Source of the DNA: Tubiluchus corallicola
Taxonomy: Eukaryota; Animalia; Priapulida
Direction: 5' to 3'
DNA: 64,000 nt
Assembly (NCBI GenBank): GCA_030141605.1
Contig: JAQGDQ010000007.1
Location: forward strand, 1,537,173-1,601,172
Every line of letters starts with the position of its first letter. Within the stretch, counting starts at the first letter, position 1. A program made the position numbers and the translations under genes. The notes beneath the pieces were generated by a model. The model was not told the origin of the DNA. It saw only the letters and a list, made by a program, of their open reading frames with translations, and did no database searches. Below, one piece after another: positions 1 through 19,254 of this stretch.

Positions 1-5746
<5,746 letters not shown>

Positions 5747-7317
5747 TCCGCATGTGTTTTAAAAATTCTGTACAGAAGCCAGTAACTGTCGATTTAGCAT
5801 ATTTTTAGATATTTGTTTATTTAAAATTCTTTTATGAATCGTGATTGGCAACACCATCAGATTTATATTTTTCGCCATTGGATCTTGCGCTTTACATAAC
5901 AATTTATTTTATTATAATGCCTTAATAAAGGTGAAAGTAATTAAGCCACACATTATTACAAAACACTTGAAAAAACATTAAACATTTACGTTGTAATTTT
6001 TACTTTGATTCAGATTCAAATTTCACAAGAACAGTGGCTTCTACAAGATATCTATCTTAGAAGAAAATGTAAGCAAGCAAAATTACCTTGAAGGCTGCTC
6101 ACAATATAAACGACAAAAATATTCTCACGAAATTTCTCGCGTCGAACAGCTATCTCATTTAGCAATCCAGTTTAACTTATTAATAATATTACTCTTTTCA
6201 TTCGTTGTTCATACAGAAATTTGGTTATTGAGAGATCTGTGTATATTTCTTATGATCTTTGGAACCCAGCATTATTTGCATTAATTGCAGAAATGAGATG
6301 AGAATTGTTATTTACTTTACTATTTAAATTGGTTCGCGCTAAACGGGACGTATTATAAGCTCACGTTATTTAGTCAAGGTATAATATTGCAGCCAAAGGT
6401 CAATATAACGAGTCGGGGCTTTTGATAAACAAGGCAGAAATAGTTTCTCAACTGAGAACGTCTTGTAAATCTTGATGCCTTTAGCCATTTGCCAGTAACA
6501 CAGGAAAAACTTGACCTTCTAATTCCTAGTAAAGTCGCCGGTCGATGTAGTCCCTATTTCTAATTTAGCCATGCACGCAAGTTACACAATTTTATGGTTA
6601 TTAAGATTTATCTGAAAGCTTAATGTCTTAGGGATATGTCTCAATTTTAGCTTTGGTATTTTCTGCAGAAAACAACTGCATCACTGGTTAATTTTAAATT
6701 TTAAATGAAAGCTGGAAACCTTGCCGCCACTGTTTTTTTACTTGTAAAACGTTTTTGGACTATATCAACACTAAAATTCAAGTCTAGCACTAGATTACAA
6801 CTTTTCGTGTTAACCAATAATGTGTGACTCGGGTGTATGGATTCATTAAGCTAGAAATATATCAACTGGCGACTCTCTTGGAAGTTATGCGCAACTGTAA
6901 CTGGTATCGCAGAGCGGCTTCATCAACTTACACACAAGGAAAACTAGCAGCTTTGTCACATTATTTTGTTGGGATTTCGGCATAAAAATGAAGATCGGCA
7001 TAGTAAGTTGACACAAAAAAGGCGCTTCATGCCGTAAATCCTGTATACTTCGTTGGGATAAATCTTTAGACACAATGGATTACCTACAGTCAATAGATCC
7101 GTATGATTAAATTAATAATATAGCTAAGACTGACTATAGTTTCGTTCTGTATCAGCATTTTGTCATTCAGTCTTCTTGAATATTATTTTTACAGGTGAGC
7201 GTGATAATTTGCTGCTGTGAAATCATTCACTTTGTCAAAGGTAAGCCTCATTCATTTTTACAGACACATATATTGCAATCCCCTTTGTTTTACGTATATA
7301 TATTTGCTTCGGATTGC

Positions 7318-7380
7318 ATATATGTATATATATATATACATATAGATAGATGGATGGATGGATGGATGGATGGATGGATG

Positions 7381-7450
<70 letters not shown>

Positions 7451-7586
7451 GTAGATAGATAGATAGATAGATAGATATAGATATAGATATAGATATAGAT
7501 ATAGATATAGATATAGATATAGATATAGATATAGATATAGATATAGACATAGATATAGATATAGAGAGATAGGTAGATGGATGGAT
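7318..7586. repeat. Compound microsatellite (TA)n/(GATG)n/(GATA)n/(GATATA)n
   Basis: Successive tandem blocks read directly. Confidence 0.97.
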
Positions 7587-7927
7587 TATTTTGTTCCCAT
7601 ATCTTATAATGTGTAATTAAAGTTAGTAACAATAATAGGAAATAACAACACACAAGTATTTACAAACACACACGTTGTCCAAGAATTGTTTTACGATTTT
7701 TTCGTCAGGTATATTTCGATAATTTCATCAGGGCTTATCAAAAGAGTGTTCAACAGAAACACGGTCAGGAACCGCATATGAATTTACACACTCTTTTTGT
7801 CTTTGTGTTGTGTTCAGTTGTGCATTCAATCACACGCCAAAAATCTATGTGGATATTTCATCATAACCATGTTTTTTACAAAGAAGCAAAAATTTTGTGT
7901 TGTGCGATAAACGTTTTTAACTTATAC

Positions 7928-8567
7928 AGGACAAGAAAAGAAGTAGGTTTCAGAAAAATTGCCTTAAAAAATTATATTACTTTACAGCATTTTCATGCAT
8001 ATATCGTACTCGCGTTAAAGGGAATTTTTGTTTGTTTTCATTTTGAATCTCCCGCAATACTGTTCTGAAGTCACCGTTACACGACGTCGCTTATGCAAAT
8101 GTAAATCAGGGGAAGAAAAGGCAATGTTAAATTATGTCCCAAAAAACTTTCAATGCAAATCTATATTACTTGGCATTTCGCTTACCTGCTGGAAAGCCTT
8201 ATGTAAGTATAAATAATAACTTAAATTTTCGTGCCAATTGGAAAAATATCGCTGGCTCACCCTAAAACGTTTTTTAATCTTATTGAGAAGATACAGTAAT
8301 TTAAAATTTTACTTTGTTAGTAACATGTGTGCTACGATTGCTCTGATTATTTTTTCAAATTGCACGCAATGTTATCTAAACTTGTTTCAAACGACCTACC
8401 ATTAAAAACTGGCTGCGTCTAACGGTCATCGCGGGTGTTTGAATTTACAAGTTTTATACAGCGTTACTGCCGATGCAAGCCATGCATATGAAAAGACAGT
8501 ATGTAAGTGGTATAAAATTTCAAGACGAATTTTTAAGCTTTATGTAAGTGGAGGGCTTTCTTGCACT
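7928..8567 (+). mobile_element. Kolobok-like non-autonomous DNA transposon, copy 2
   Basis: AGGACAAGAAAA...TTTCTTGCACT|TTAA termini; colinear with copies 1 and 3, with small internal deletions. Confidence 0.8.
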
Positions 8568-11500
8568 TTAATTGGGAGTTTAGATAAAATAAATAGACCA
8601 CGAATATTCAATGTTGCAGAATCGACAGGGGCCGAAAGCATTTTTTGTTCTGCAAAGTTGTTTTTGGAGTCTTGGAGGCCATGATTTCTATCATTGTTTT
8701 TATGCTAACTGACTTTTTTGAGCTGTACATAAACGTGCTTAATTATTTTGACACAGGACAAGTAATTAACGAGGGAAAACATGAATGGACGAGAGGCAAT
8801 GCCGCAGATACGAATGGAAAAACTGTAGACATTATAGCCACGAAGTAAGCACAATCGTCTATTAAACCTGATTTGTCTGAGCAAAATCCTGATTACTCTC
8901 CAGAAAACGCAAACCTAGGTTTTACCGTTTTGCTACTATGGTTTTCTAAGCAAGATTTCTGGGCAAAACTAAGGTAATTTTGCCGAAAAAACTCCACTGG
9001 GTTAATTGTGGACATTGGTTTTGCTACATTAATCGTCGTGCATTAAAAAAGAAAATGACTTTTTAGAATAAACGGTTAATAAAATCGGTATACATGTACC
9101 TAGGCATCCTTTTAAATGTCGTTTAACACACAAATAGTTAAAACCGCAACAACTTTAAAGGAAATGGAAGTGGTGCTGACAAGCCACTGGCGTAGCAGTG
9201 TGTAGTTTTTTTGTTGGATTACTGCTGCGTTTACCTGTCTGAAGGCAGATTTCTTTTATTTTATAATTGTGCCTGCCCAATGTCTACAATAGATGTGACG
9301 GGCGTATGATGATGATGAACTTTAAAACAGAATCCAGATAGGGAAAAGTAATGTTAGTCGCACATAAATATTCAAAAAAAGAAAAACTTGAATCATCTTG
9401 ACTTGTATACTCTTGCACTTGTTGTGTCTTATGACTCCGACCTTTGTACGAAAGATTTTCGCATACTCATTCTTATTACATGTGTAAATTTTGCATGCGG
9501 GTAATTACAGTATTGAACGAAATTTAACCGTAGGAAACCTAGAATACTTCTTCTTTTTTCTAGAACTGAATCAACATATTTAGAAGTGAGATGTATGTAT
9601 CATTGTATGAGGGATGACCGATGTACGCTGATAGGACTAGATTCAACAAGTGAGGAATGTACACTCTACGGTGATGCAACACTATTGTCTATGCCAGGTG
9701 TTGTACCACCAGCCTCAAATCAATACTTACTCCTCAAATCCTACTTTAACTTGTAGATCAACATGTATGGCTTCAAAGAAACCACTGTCTAACGTTATGT
9801 TTTAATTTCTGTAACTAACGATCTAGTTTTCTGTCCTAAACATTTTAACAAATCACTTTAAAAATGAGCTATGCTGCAATTTTGCAAGCTTCTCCAATTA
9901 TGTCGCAATAACAGTTATTTTTTACAAACATTAACAGATTCCTGCTCACTAGAAATTAGCAAAGAATTCTATTTTGTTCAACCATCTATTTTTCTACGCT
10001 CTGTCTGTTTACATATTTAGTTAACAGCATTGTATTCATCTTTTAATTCTCTAACTCAATCCTCTTAACTGGCCAAGTGTAGCTTGTTATGACATGCTTT
10101 GCATAAAAATAACACTCGGTTGCCGTGACCTGCCTTGATAGTCTGTACAATGACTTTTAAAGTGACACATATAGATGCCTCTTTCGTTCTTACAGAAGTC
10201 TCTGAAGATTTGGTTCTCTACTGTCCTAAACTTATCTTTTCTTTGTAGTATGCACATTTTATTGGCAATTTACGTAACCTTGTAGTCTACTTATATTTGT
10301 GTTTACGATAATCCCCACTTTCCTGATAAACACAAAATTGAATGTATAATTAATTTGGCATGCTTCTGATAGTAACATGAAGCTTGGCAACATGCACTCA
10401 GTTGCATGGCTACATCACGTTGAATAATTACTATTACATTCATTATAATATTTACACGATATGCACACACAGCAAAAGAATAGAAATCGTTATATTTTTA
10501 ATATTAGATGATTACACAGGTAAAAGTATACCTTTATATAATGCATTGAATGGATATTGCAAAAACTATAATACATAGACTTGTAGACCTGTAACTGCAA
10601 GAGTGCAAGTTATGTTGTACGAACTACATGTGTTCATGCCTAATACTGTAATTTGTAAAGTGTATTAAACAGAAGCCCTAAATATGAGGAACAAAAGTTT
10701 TTGCCCGTTTACTTCCCTCTACAAAGGTTTTTGACTAAATGGCATTTGTACCTATTTATCAGATCACTCAGCCATTCACGCACTCACACAAATTACTTCT
10801 CTCCCCCCTTCTCTCTCTCTTTGACTCTGTCTTTTCCCTTCTTTGACAAATTTAATAACTACATAATGACTAAAGCTCTAAAGGGTAAATAACTAGTGTC
10901 GCACAAATTCTTACAGTAAACCAGTGCCAAAGCAATGCCAGCTGACTACTATTAAAATCTCAGAACATATATTTGAAAATTCAACAAATTAATAAAAATA
11001 AAGATCTCTATCTCCATCCCTATCATCATGGAACAGTGCAAGTCATTGATTCTGAACAGAGTGTAACTTACAGATTGAAGAGAATAGCTCAATGGTCATA
11101 GTGTGTCATGTGCTTAGTCATGTGGCATACTGCATATACTTATATTGGTAGGAAGTACCTACATAAACATACAGACCTGTACCTCTGCCAGTTCAGTGTC
11201 TCATTGATTATTGTCCTTAGTAATTAATCAGGTGTTAGGACTGTGTCTTTTCACAACCTTAAATTAAATAAGCCTTAAATTAAGTGCAGCATATCACTAA
11301 ATGCCAAAACTGTGTTGAGAACACTCTCAGCCAGTAGCGACTATTAGTATACCTTGTAACTACAGGCAAAATGTTTCATCCAATGGTTTTTCTCAAAACC
11401 TCTGCGAGAATTGCACATGTGCAAATACCTTAATCACTAGTTAAACAATTCAATTCTGCAAACACCAACCATTCTGTAAAACCTAGGAATTATACATTAA

Positions 11501-12109
11501 CGTTCGGTTTATTCAAAAACTGTTTTTCAATTGTGTTTGACAATTATTGTCACCTCATACACTCTTTCAAAATGGAATAACAACTAGATTAATGTTTTCT
11601 AAGTTTCAAAGTTACAAACAATTTTCAAGGTTTCAATCTCTTTTACCCAACTGTTTACATAATAACATCATTAAACATTATTTGGAAGTCACTGCGATTT
11701 TACAAAACCAGTAGGAAAAAACACAAGAAGCACTTTTTTCTGAATGCAAATAATTTACACATTGAAAGAAATTTAGTTACACCTATTTGACATCATACAA
11801 CATCCACTTTAAGATACACTTTCTTCTGAAATGAGTACAGATTTTTTTAAAAATACAATTAAACATTCGTCTACTCAATGGAAATACTCTTAATGAACAA
11901 TGCAGTAATAATGCTCATAAAAAAATAAAACAACAGTTGAATAGTTCTGCTTCATACCATAAAGAACAGTGTTCATTTATACCTACAAAAATTTTCAAAT
12001 TGCAACATCCAGAAACAAGAAAGTGTAAAATGTACCATCTTTTTTGCAAATATGACACAATGATAAATGATTATATGTACATATGTATCATACATTTTTA
12101 TAAAGAAAT

Positions 12110-15100
12110 TCAATCCATTCTAGTTTTTAAAGTCCGCACTGTCACTTTGTCTTTTTCACTGCAAAAAAACAATTACCTTTAATACAACATGATAAAAAAC
12201 GTAATGATAAAATAATGCTTTGTCAGTATCTAATTGACACTATTACAATCTAACTCTCGAGATAGAGTGCTGTGTCCCTTACACTTTCTCTTTTGCTTTG
12301 CGGCTCATACTACTGTCTACATTAAAATTTACTTATACTTATTTAAATTGTAATATCAACAACTTTACTGTATTGAAGAACTCTCATGATTTAATGAAAT
12401 ACAAATCTTATGAGCAGTGTACAACAATCTTCTGATTTTCTACAATTTAAGAGAAGCACGCAAAACCGTGCATAACTGAGCTTGGAAAACTCTCAATACA
12501 CATTAATAACACTAACAATCTTGTAAACTTGTACTGTTAGTGAAGACAATATAACTATATAACTATGTACATGTCAAAAATATGCAAACGCTTACAGTTT
12601 ACGTCCATTAAAATAAAAATCTAGTTTTAGGCTGCAGGGTTTGTTTATAATGAGCACTTTGGTTTATTATTAATGATCCTTCAGCAAAACTACAAGCATA
12701 CTTAAAAGCACAAAAGCAGAAAAGATTATTTAAAGCACTTACATGATCCATACTTTTGCACCCCAACCTGAAATGGCATCTCTATCAACAGCATTTAGCA
12801 AAGCTTGTGATATAGATTCAAATAATTCATCTGGACCCTATTAAAAAAACAAGCTTAAACAAAGGGACATATCCGTACTGAAAACTGTTCTCACCTAACT
12901 AGATAACGATGTGTTACTGCCAATAGATTCACAAGTCAAATCATTTGCAAGATATTAACAAAAGAAACATTTCAGATTTTCACAATAGTAAATAAGCCAT
13001 AATACTACAAGTCAAACCTGAGCCATGCATCTTAATAGTTGGGCTACGTTTTCTAAGAAAAAGTTGTGTCTTACCAAGTTAGGTTCCCATAAAGATTCGC
13101 ACATTCCATACATTTGCTCACTAGCCGTCCCACTCACGACAAAATCATCAGTGACCATAGGACAACCAATAAGATCCAATGAACATATAAATGGTTCATT
13201 AGTCTGTGGATCTAGTCCAGCAATAACTGGTTCAACAAAATACGGGCCAAACCTAAAGATAAAAAATACATGTATAATCCGGGCATTTCCAAGTCTTAAT
13301 TACTTAATGAAAGTTTCTCATATAGTCAACAGCAATAATACTTTTGAGTATTAATATCAAGCATGACATTTTGTACTTAACTGCAAATAAAGTCATAACG
13401 TTTTTGAGACTTACCATAATATAACAAAATAAAAATAAAACCAACTGTTCAAATTCAAACTCAGTATACCCGTATTCACTCTAGTTAAACTACAAAACTT
13501 TTAACAATTATGGTTAACTAAAAATAGTGGGAAACTTGGCAGACTAAATTATGCCATAATGGACTCAAAGGCACTTTGGGCATTATTTTATTAAATCCAT
13601 TGTATTTACGGATCACATGCCTTAATTTAATTTCAATGAAATTGAAAGTTCTAAATTTGCAGATGTGACTAATTTTGTAAAAATGTCAGCATTGAAAACA
13701 GAGCGATAGGTATTCCAAAAGCCAAATCAAGAATTAGTTATTACTGAACAACTGGGGAGGTGGTCACTAGGAATAGGCAAAGAAAGCACTGTTTTAATAA
13801 TGCAAAATACAATAGTAGTTGGCTATCTGTTAATATTAGTATGTATATGATTTATTTTCCAATATGTAAAGGTTTTACATGCGTGCATGTATTAACAACT
13901 ATGCAATGGACGTGAATAACATAAAAGATATAAACTCCTTACCTTCTTTCATACAGAAGATTTGAAACAATGCTCATAAAGGTTTTTGGCTTTAATGGCC
14001 TGTTCTCCCGCAGAGTATACAGATTAACTTTAAACTTTAATCTTAGAGCACTGAAAGTAAAAAGAACCTGAATAGGTACCAATTGTAACCTATCATAACA
14101 AAGCATTAAATGTACGAAACCAAGACTAAGACACTTTTTTATTTAATTATCAAACAATTTGCACAAAATAATGAGAAAATAAGCTTGTAACTTTCAGCTT
14201 ACAACAAACTATCTACACAATGTCTGGCAAAATAATGTCTTTTTTTACTGTTTAAGTTATTCGTAAAATCAAATCAGGACGGTACTAATTAACATCGGTT
14301 TTGAAGGTGAAGTTACACAGAGTACGCTAAGACAGCCGACTAGCTCTTAACATTACGATTAGGTCTAAGCACAAAGCTAAATGCTTATCATTACAATATA
14401 GTAAATCTGCACACATTTTATTTTATACTTGATGGTAGCACAACACTTACACTGTCTGTGTATCTGTTGCTAAACCTGGCAAACCAACATATAATTTTGG
14501 ACTCATCTCAAAAACTTTGTCAAAATCCATGGAAATTGTTTGCCCCTGAATACCAAATCTTCTATCACAGGCAATAGCCACACAATCCTTCCCCTTCATG
14601 GCCATTACCACACCGCCGTTGTACGCAAGTATACTCTGAAAAAGATCAAATATTTAAATGCAGCACCTACTTATACATCAAAATAAAACAATAAACCATT
14701 AAATATACAAGGTTAGTAGAAATTAAGATTAATAAAGGGGCTTAAAGGACAAGAAAAGGGGCACCTGAAGTAGGTTTCAGAAAAATCGCCTTGAAAAATG
14801 ATATTGCTTTACAACAATTTTATGCACATACAATCGTGTTCGCGTTGAAAGGAATTTTCGTTTGTTTGCATTTTAAATCTCCCGCAATACTGTTTCGACG
14901 GTGCCATTCCATGACGTCACTATGCCATGTAAATCAAGGGAAGAAAGGGCAATGTTAAATTGTGACCCAAAAAACTTTCCGTGCAAATCTATATTACTTA
15001 GCAGTTCACTTACCTGCTGGAAAGACTTATCTAACTAGACTAATAATTTAAAATGCTTGTGCCAGTCGGTAAAATGTCACTGACACACCCTCCAGGGTGC

Positions 15101-16664
15101 GACACTCACTAACCAAAAACGTATTTTTAATCTTATTGACAAGATACAGTAATTTAAAATTTTACTTAATTAGCAACATGTATGCTATTAATGCTCTGAT
15201 TATTTTTTCAAACTTTACTCAATGTTATCAAGACTTGTTTCAAACGACCTACCATTAAAATGGCTGTGCCTAACGGCCATCGCGGGAGTTTAAATTTACA
15301 TGTCTTATACAGCGTTACGGCCGATGCAAGCCATGCATATGAAAAGGTAGTACATAAGTGGCATAAAATTTGGAGACGAATTTTTAAGCTTTATGATGTG
15401 AAAGGTTTTCTTGTGCTTTAAAACTGGAGTGATAAACGACAAGGTCAAGGACACTGGAAACTAGTCAGGCATTTGATAACCTTTCAACACCTAGGACTTC
15501 GAGTTAAATTCACAATGTAGGGCAGGGGCATGGAAAGTTGTATGGTGAATAATAACCGCTCCTACGGTCAAGGACCCTAGGCATTATCCAAGGTTTCCTA
15601 AATATTTCTGCTTACTTCCTTGATAGTATCTTAAATGGTCATTCATACTTTAGAATACTGTCAAACATATGAAAGAATTATTCAAGTGCTTCGTTAATTG
15701 ACAGAACAGAGTCATCTACTGCATTAAAACTGTTGAAGGCATCAAACTCTGTGGAAGATTGTATATGTTGCAGAAAATTTTTTGCAGGAGCAGATATGGA
15801 TGGAAACTATGACGAAGAATACAATCAGTACAGTGTTTAGCCCTTGCAAACTTGTGGAGAGAGACACTAGTAATTACAGAAGCAAAATGCCACGAAGAAG
15901 CTCTGTTGGTCTTATTACGAAAACAAATAAAACAATATTAACAAGAACATTCTGCCGTGAAGCAGAATCTTAATAAAATACAATATGTCGTAATTTACAA
16001 TTACCACTGAATATTACACGCATATTATCATCATAATAGTCAGAGACTTGCATCCACACTAAGCTGATACATCTGTGAGGCGATTCACAGAGGCTATTCT
16101 GATATTTCTGTCAAGCTCTGTATATCCACATCATAAAGGAGCAAGCCAAAAAGAAAAGTGCATCCTGTCACGCTGTTGATCTTACACCTCTACACTGAGC
16201 CCCAAGATTTCTCTAAATTTTATCACTTGTCTGATCCAAGCATTGACTCTTACTACTAGCAGTACTAGTGTGCCCGTGTTTACTGAACATAGATCTGCTT
16301 CGTTCATTACGATTTCCAAACACTTTTTAGCTACTTCACATTTCAACAGATATTCATTCGTATCACACTCCTTCGCACACAGTGGACAGATTAAATCATC
16401 CTTACACTTATTTTTATAATTACACTTTAATTTGATCATCTTTAATTTCAATTCAGTAATTTCATACACAGTTTTTTCATCACACTCCATCACATAATTT
16501 ATTGCCTGTTCCCAAAATTTCCACACTATTTTCCATAAATCTCAGTTTTATCATATCATCACACTTTTTCACAGCTTCAACTTTTAGATACTGTTTAACT
16601 ATGCGAGGGAATTCAATTTATGAATTAATAAATATTGAGGGTAAATAAATATTAGACTTACCAT
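12110..16664 (-). CDS. PSMB3: Proteasome subunit beta type-3 (205 aa)
   Basis: Coding exons 16662-16664 (ATG only), 14451-14635, 13943-14050, 13075-13252, 12743-12837 and 12110-12158, 618 nt in frame. Protein reads [29 protein letters not shown]...[16 protein letters not shown]...DRDAISGWG...[15 protein letters not shown], clearly 20S beta-3. Confidence 0.97.
14746..15417 (+). mobile_element. Kolobok-like non-autonomous DNA transposon, copy 3 (complete, 672 bp) in PSMB3 intron 1
   Basis: TTAA on both sides (14742-14745 and 15418-15421). TIR AGGACAAGAAAA / TTTTCTTGTGCT, 11 of 12 matching. RR...YY termini with a TTAA TSD are the Kolobok signature. Confidence 0.85.
15550..15790 (-). mobile_element. 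Decayed CR1/L2-type LINE ORF2 fragment
   Basis: Minus-strand translation with stops contains FRKPWIM, resembling the KPW motif between endonuclease and RT domains. Weak evidence. Confidence 0.35.
16182..16590 (-). mobile_element. Non-LTR retrotransposon ORF2 C-terminal zinc-knuckle fragment
   Basis: ORF 16182-16526 contains [10 protein letters not shown]...[19 protein letters not shown] (CxxC-x8-[H>Y]-x3-C), like the C-terminal zinc-binding region of LINE RT proteins. Intronless, inside PSMB3 intron 1. Confidence 0.65.
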
Positions 16665-16989
16665 GGTAACTAAATGAAATGTAATGACAAACTAATAAAT
16701 AGCGATATTTCTCTTTTACAGATTATACACATAAAAAGTGTATTTAAAAATTTAATAATTAAGTTACACAAATTTATCATGCATGACAAGCAAAAGCCGT
16801 AACAGAGGCACGCAAAAGGCAAGAGCCTGAATGATGACAAGTTTACTCTGAGCTAACCTGTTCAGTTTATATTGTTTTATTGTAGAGAAGACTGTGAATT
16901 CGACTCAGCATTCCATAATAATAACGACTAGAGGGATTATTACATTTTCTGCTGGACTGCTACGAATAGCTTTACTTAAGTCCTGCCTT

Positions 16990-17220
16990 GAGTTGATTTT
17001 TTGTTGCTTTTGCTTGATATAATTTCTTGCTTTAAGCTGAATTCTGTTTTGCTTTGCTTGTGATAACTTCTTTTTACCTTGAGTTGAATTGAGTTTTGCT
17101 TGATATAATCATTTTATTCTTTGATAATTTTTGTTTGCTTTGCAGAATTTTGTTTGCTTTTTCTGTTTTCATTTGATATGAGATATATTTATTGATTTGT
17201 TTTTGTATTGCATTTTGACA
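16990..17220. repeat. Degenerate T-rich pentanucleotide tract (TTGCT/TTGAT/TTTGT)
   Basis: 5-bp periodic low-complexity sequence. Confidence 0.55.
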
Positions 17221-19254
17221 TTACTGTGTCTGTTTCATTTTTATCATAAATTTATGCATAATTATAGTATAACTATTATTATTATTTAAAATGTAACCTT
17301 GTATTCAGGTATCATGAAATTGTCTCTTACTATTTCTCCATTCTTTAAAAATTTGACTAGATTAAGTGATTAAGTATGCACAATCTATTTTTAATACTGT
17401 AATGTTTTTTTATAATAATCACCAAAAATGTCATGTGCCTGTAAGTAAACATGTATTACATGTAAAAATCAAGTGACCAATAGGCCTTTCTCAGTTGCAT
17501 TAAAATCTTAATAAATCATGTCGAATTTTTAACTGTTATTGAGAAAATCAACTTGAATTAAATTGAATTGAATTGAATAGTAATACAGGAATTACTGGAT
17601 GAATGAGCGTTACACATAACTTTTTGCTACAGGAGTGTAAAAAATGAGTAATAGTGCACAACAAAAAGTATCATGCCAATTTATTACATCAGGGTACTGC
17701 TGAAACAATAGAGAACCTGGCATGCCTTCAATACTAAAATGTGAAGCCTCTATGCCAACTGCCTATATAACTAGCACAGTCTGCAAACTTGGGGGATATA
17801 TATATATATATATATATATAATCGGAGCAGTAATTCAAGGAGAGACATGCCCAGCTCATTATATTGCAATACTTCTTGAAAACATACGGGTAACCTTCTA
17901 CAAGAAACAGTGGTTCAGTATTGTTGCATTAATCATAGTACTATTATTGTATCCAGTAGTAATTTACCACTGCTTGTGTTAAATTAGCACGTCCACACCG
18001 ACACGCACCCATTATCATTAATAACAACAAAAGAATGTACTGATGAGCATTTAACAGGTTGTATGGCTTCTTTCTTTTTCCAGCCAACAGGAAACCTCGG
18101 TGACTTATTATTGTTATTTAAGCTATAGCGAAGGTTTTGATTCCCTCGAAAGCATCGTTACTTACAACTAGGGTTTTAATTATTTTTCGGGGGAAACACC
18201 TGAAAAAAGTCTTACACGTATAAGTAGAGAATTTCACATACTTTGTAACTGCATAACAGAATAAATTGTATTGCCAAGGTTGCTTGCAATAGTGGGTAAA
18301 CTAGTGAACATTAGACAGACTGAACAGGCCTTTATTGTCAGTATTGTGGATCATAGATTAATTTTGCTGTTTATCTGCTATAATTGCATACTGCTAGTGG
18401 TTTATTCACGAAACTGGCAAGTCTGCCTTCAAAACAACAGTAAACTAAACGATATGCATCAATAAATGTTCTAAGAATGGTAATTTGACATCATGAAATG
18501 CTAGGTGCATTCAGGGAGCCATTAAAAAATAACCTGGCAAATAGCAGCAGCCCGCCTGCACAAGCAAATGGAACACTAAGATTTCATTCTTCTCCAGTAT
18601 CTATGTTGAATACTAACAAATGTGGATAAATGTCAAGATCTTCTTTGAAGTGGCTTTCGACAATTGAGATATTGGATGGTAAAATGTTAGATAGTGATTT
18701 ATTGGAAAAAATTGTGATGAAAAGGTTTTATTATTATTATTTATTATTACAGAGTTTCGGTTGAAATTACAAGAAGATGGCAGGCGTCTAGTAGAGCCAC
18801 ACCCAATATTGCGAAATCGGTTTTCTTAAGTAATTCGATGCTGATGCAAAGTAGGCAACAGTTCAGCCTTGGTGTTGATGAACAAATTTGGAGATTGTGA
18901 AGTCCGACTTGAGAGAGCGAAGCATACAGTTGTGTCACTGTGTGGGAGCCATATTTTTCGCATTGCTATACTAATCAATCAATTTTAGCCTATGACATTA
19001 GCCATTTGAGAAGGAAATGCAGTCAGTGTAGCAAAAAGAAAAAAGGATTTTATAGACGTTTCATTATACTTATATGCGAGAGCTGACTACTTTAAAGGGG
19101 GGTCTGAAATAAAATAAATACACTGGCAAGAAAATTAACTGAAACTAAGGTGACGATACGTGTATACTGAGGTTATTTACTTCAATGTGTGAGTGAATAC
19201 TGTGTTAACGTAAAATTTACGTACCGATCATGTGAGATGTTGTGATGTGCTGCT

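Noticed and set aside
7690-7740. Minus-strand CTGATGA-N7-GAAA resembling a minimal hammerhead ribozyme core
   Set aside because: Stem II cannot pair and there is no stem I complement.
12283-12316. Possible 34-nt stop-containing cassette exon (tag|ACAGTAG...AAAGT|gtaagg) or H/ACA snoRNA in PSMB3 intron 5
   Set aside because: Weak polypyrimidine tract and no convincing double hairpin; cannot be supported without RNA data.
16826-16865. Box C/D-like ATGATGA...CTGA with a short terminal stem
   Set aside because: Only 10 nt separate the boxes, there is no terminal D box at snoRNA spacing, and it is not in the sense orientation of a host intron.
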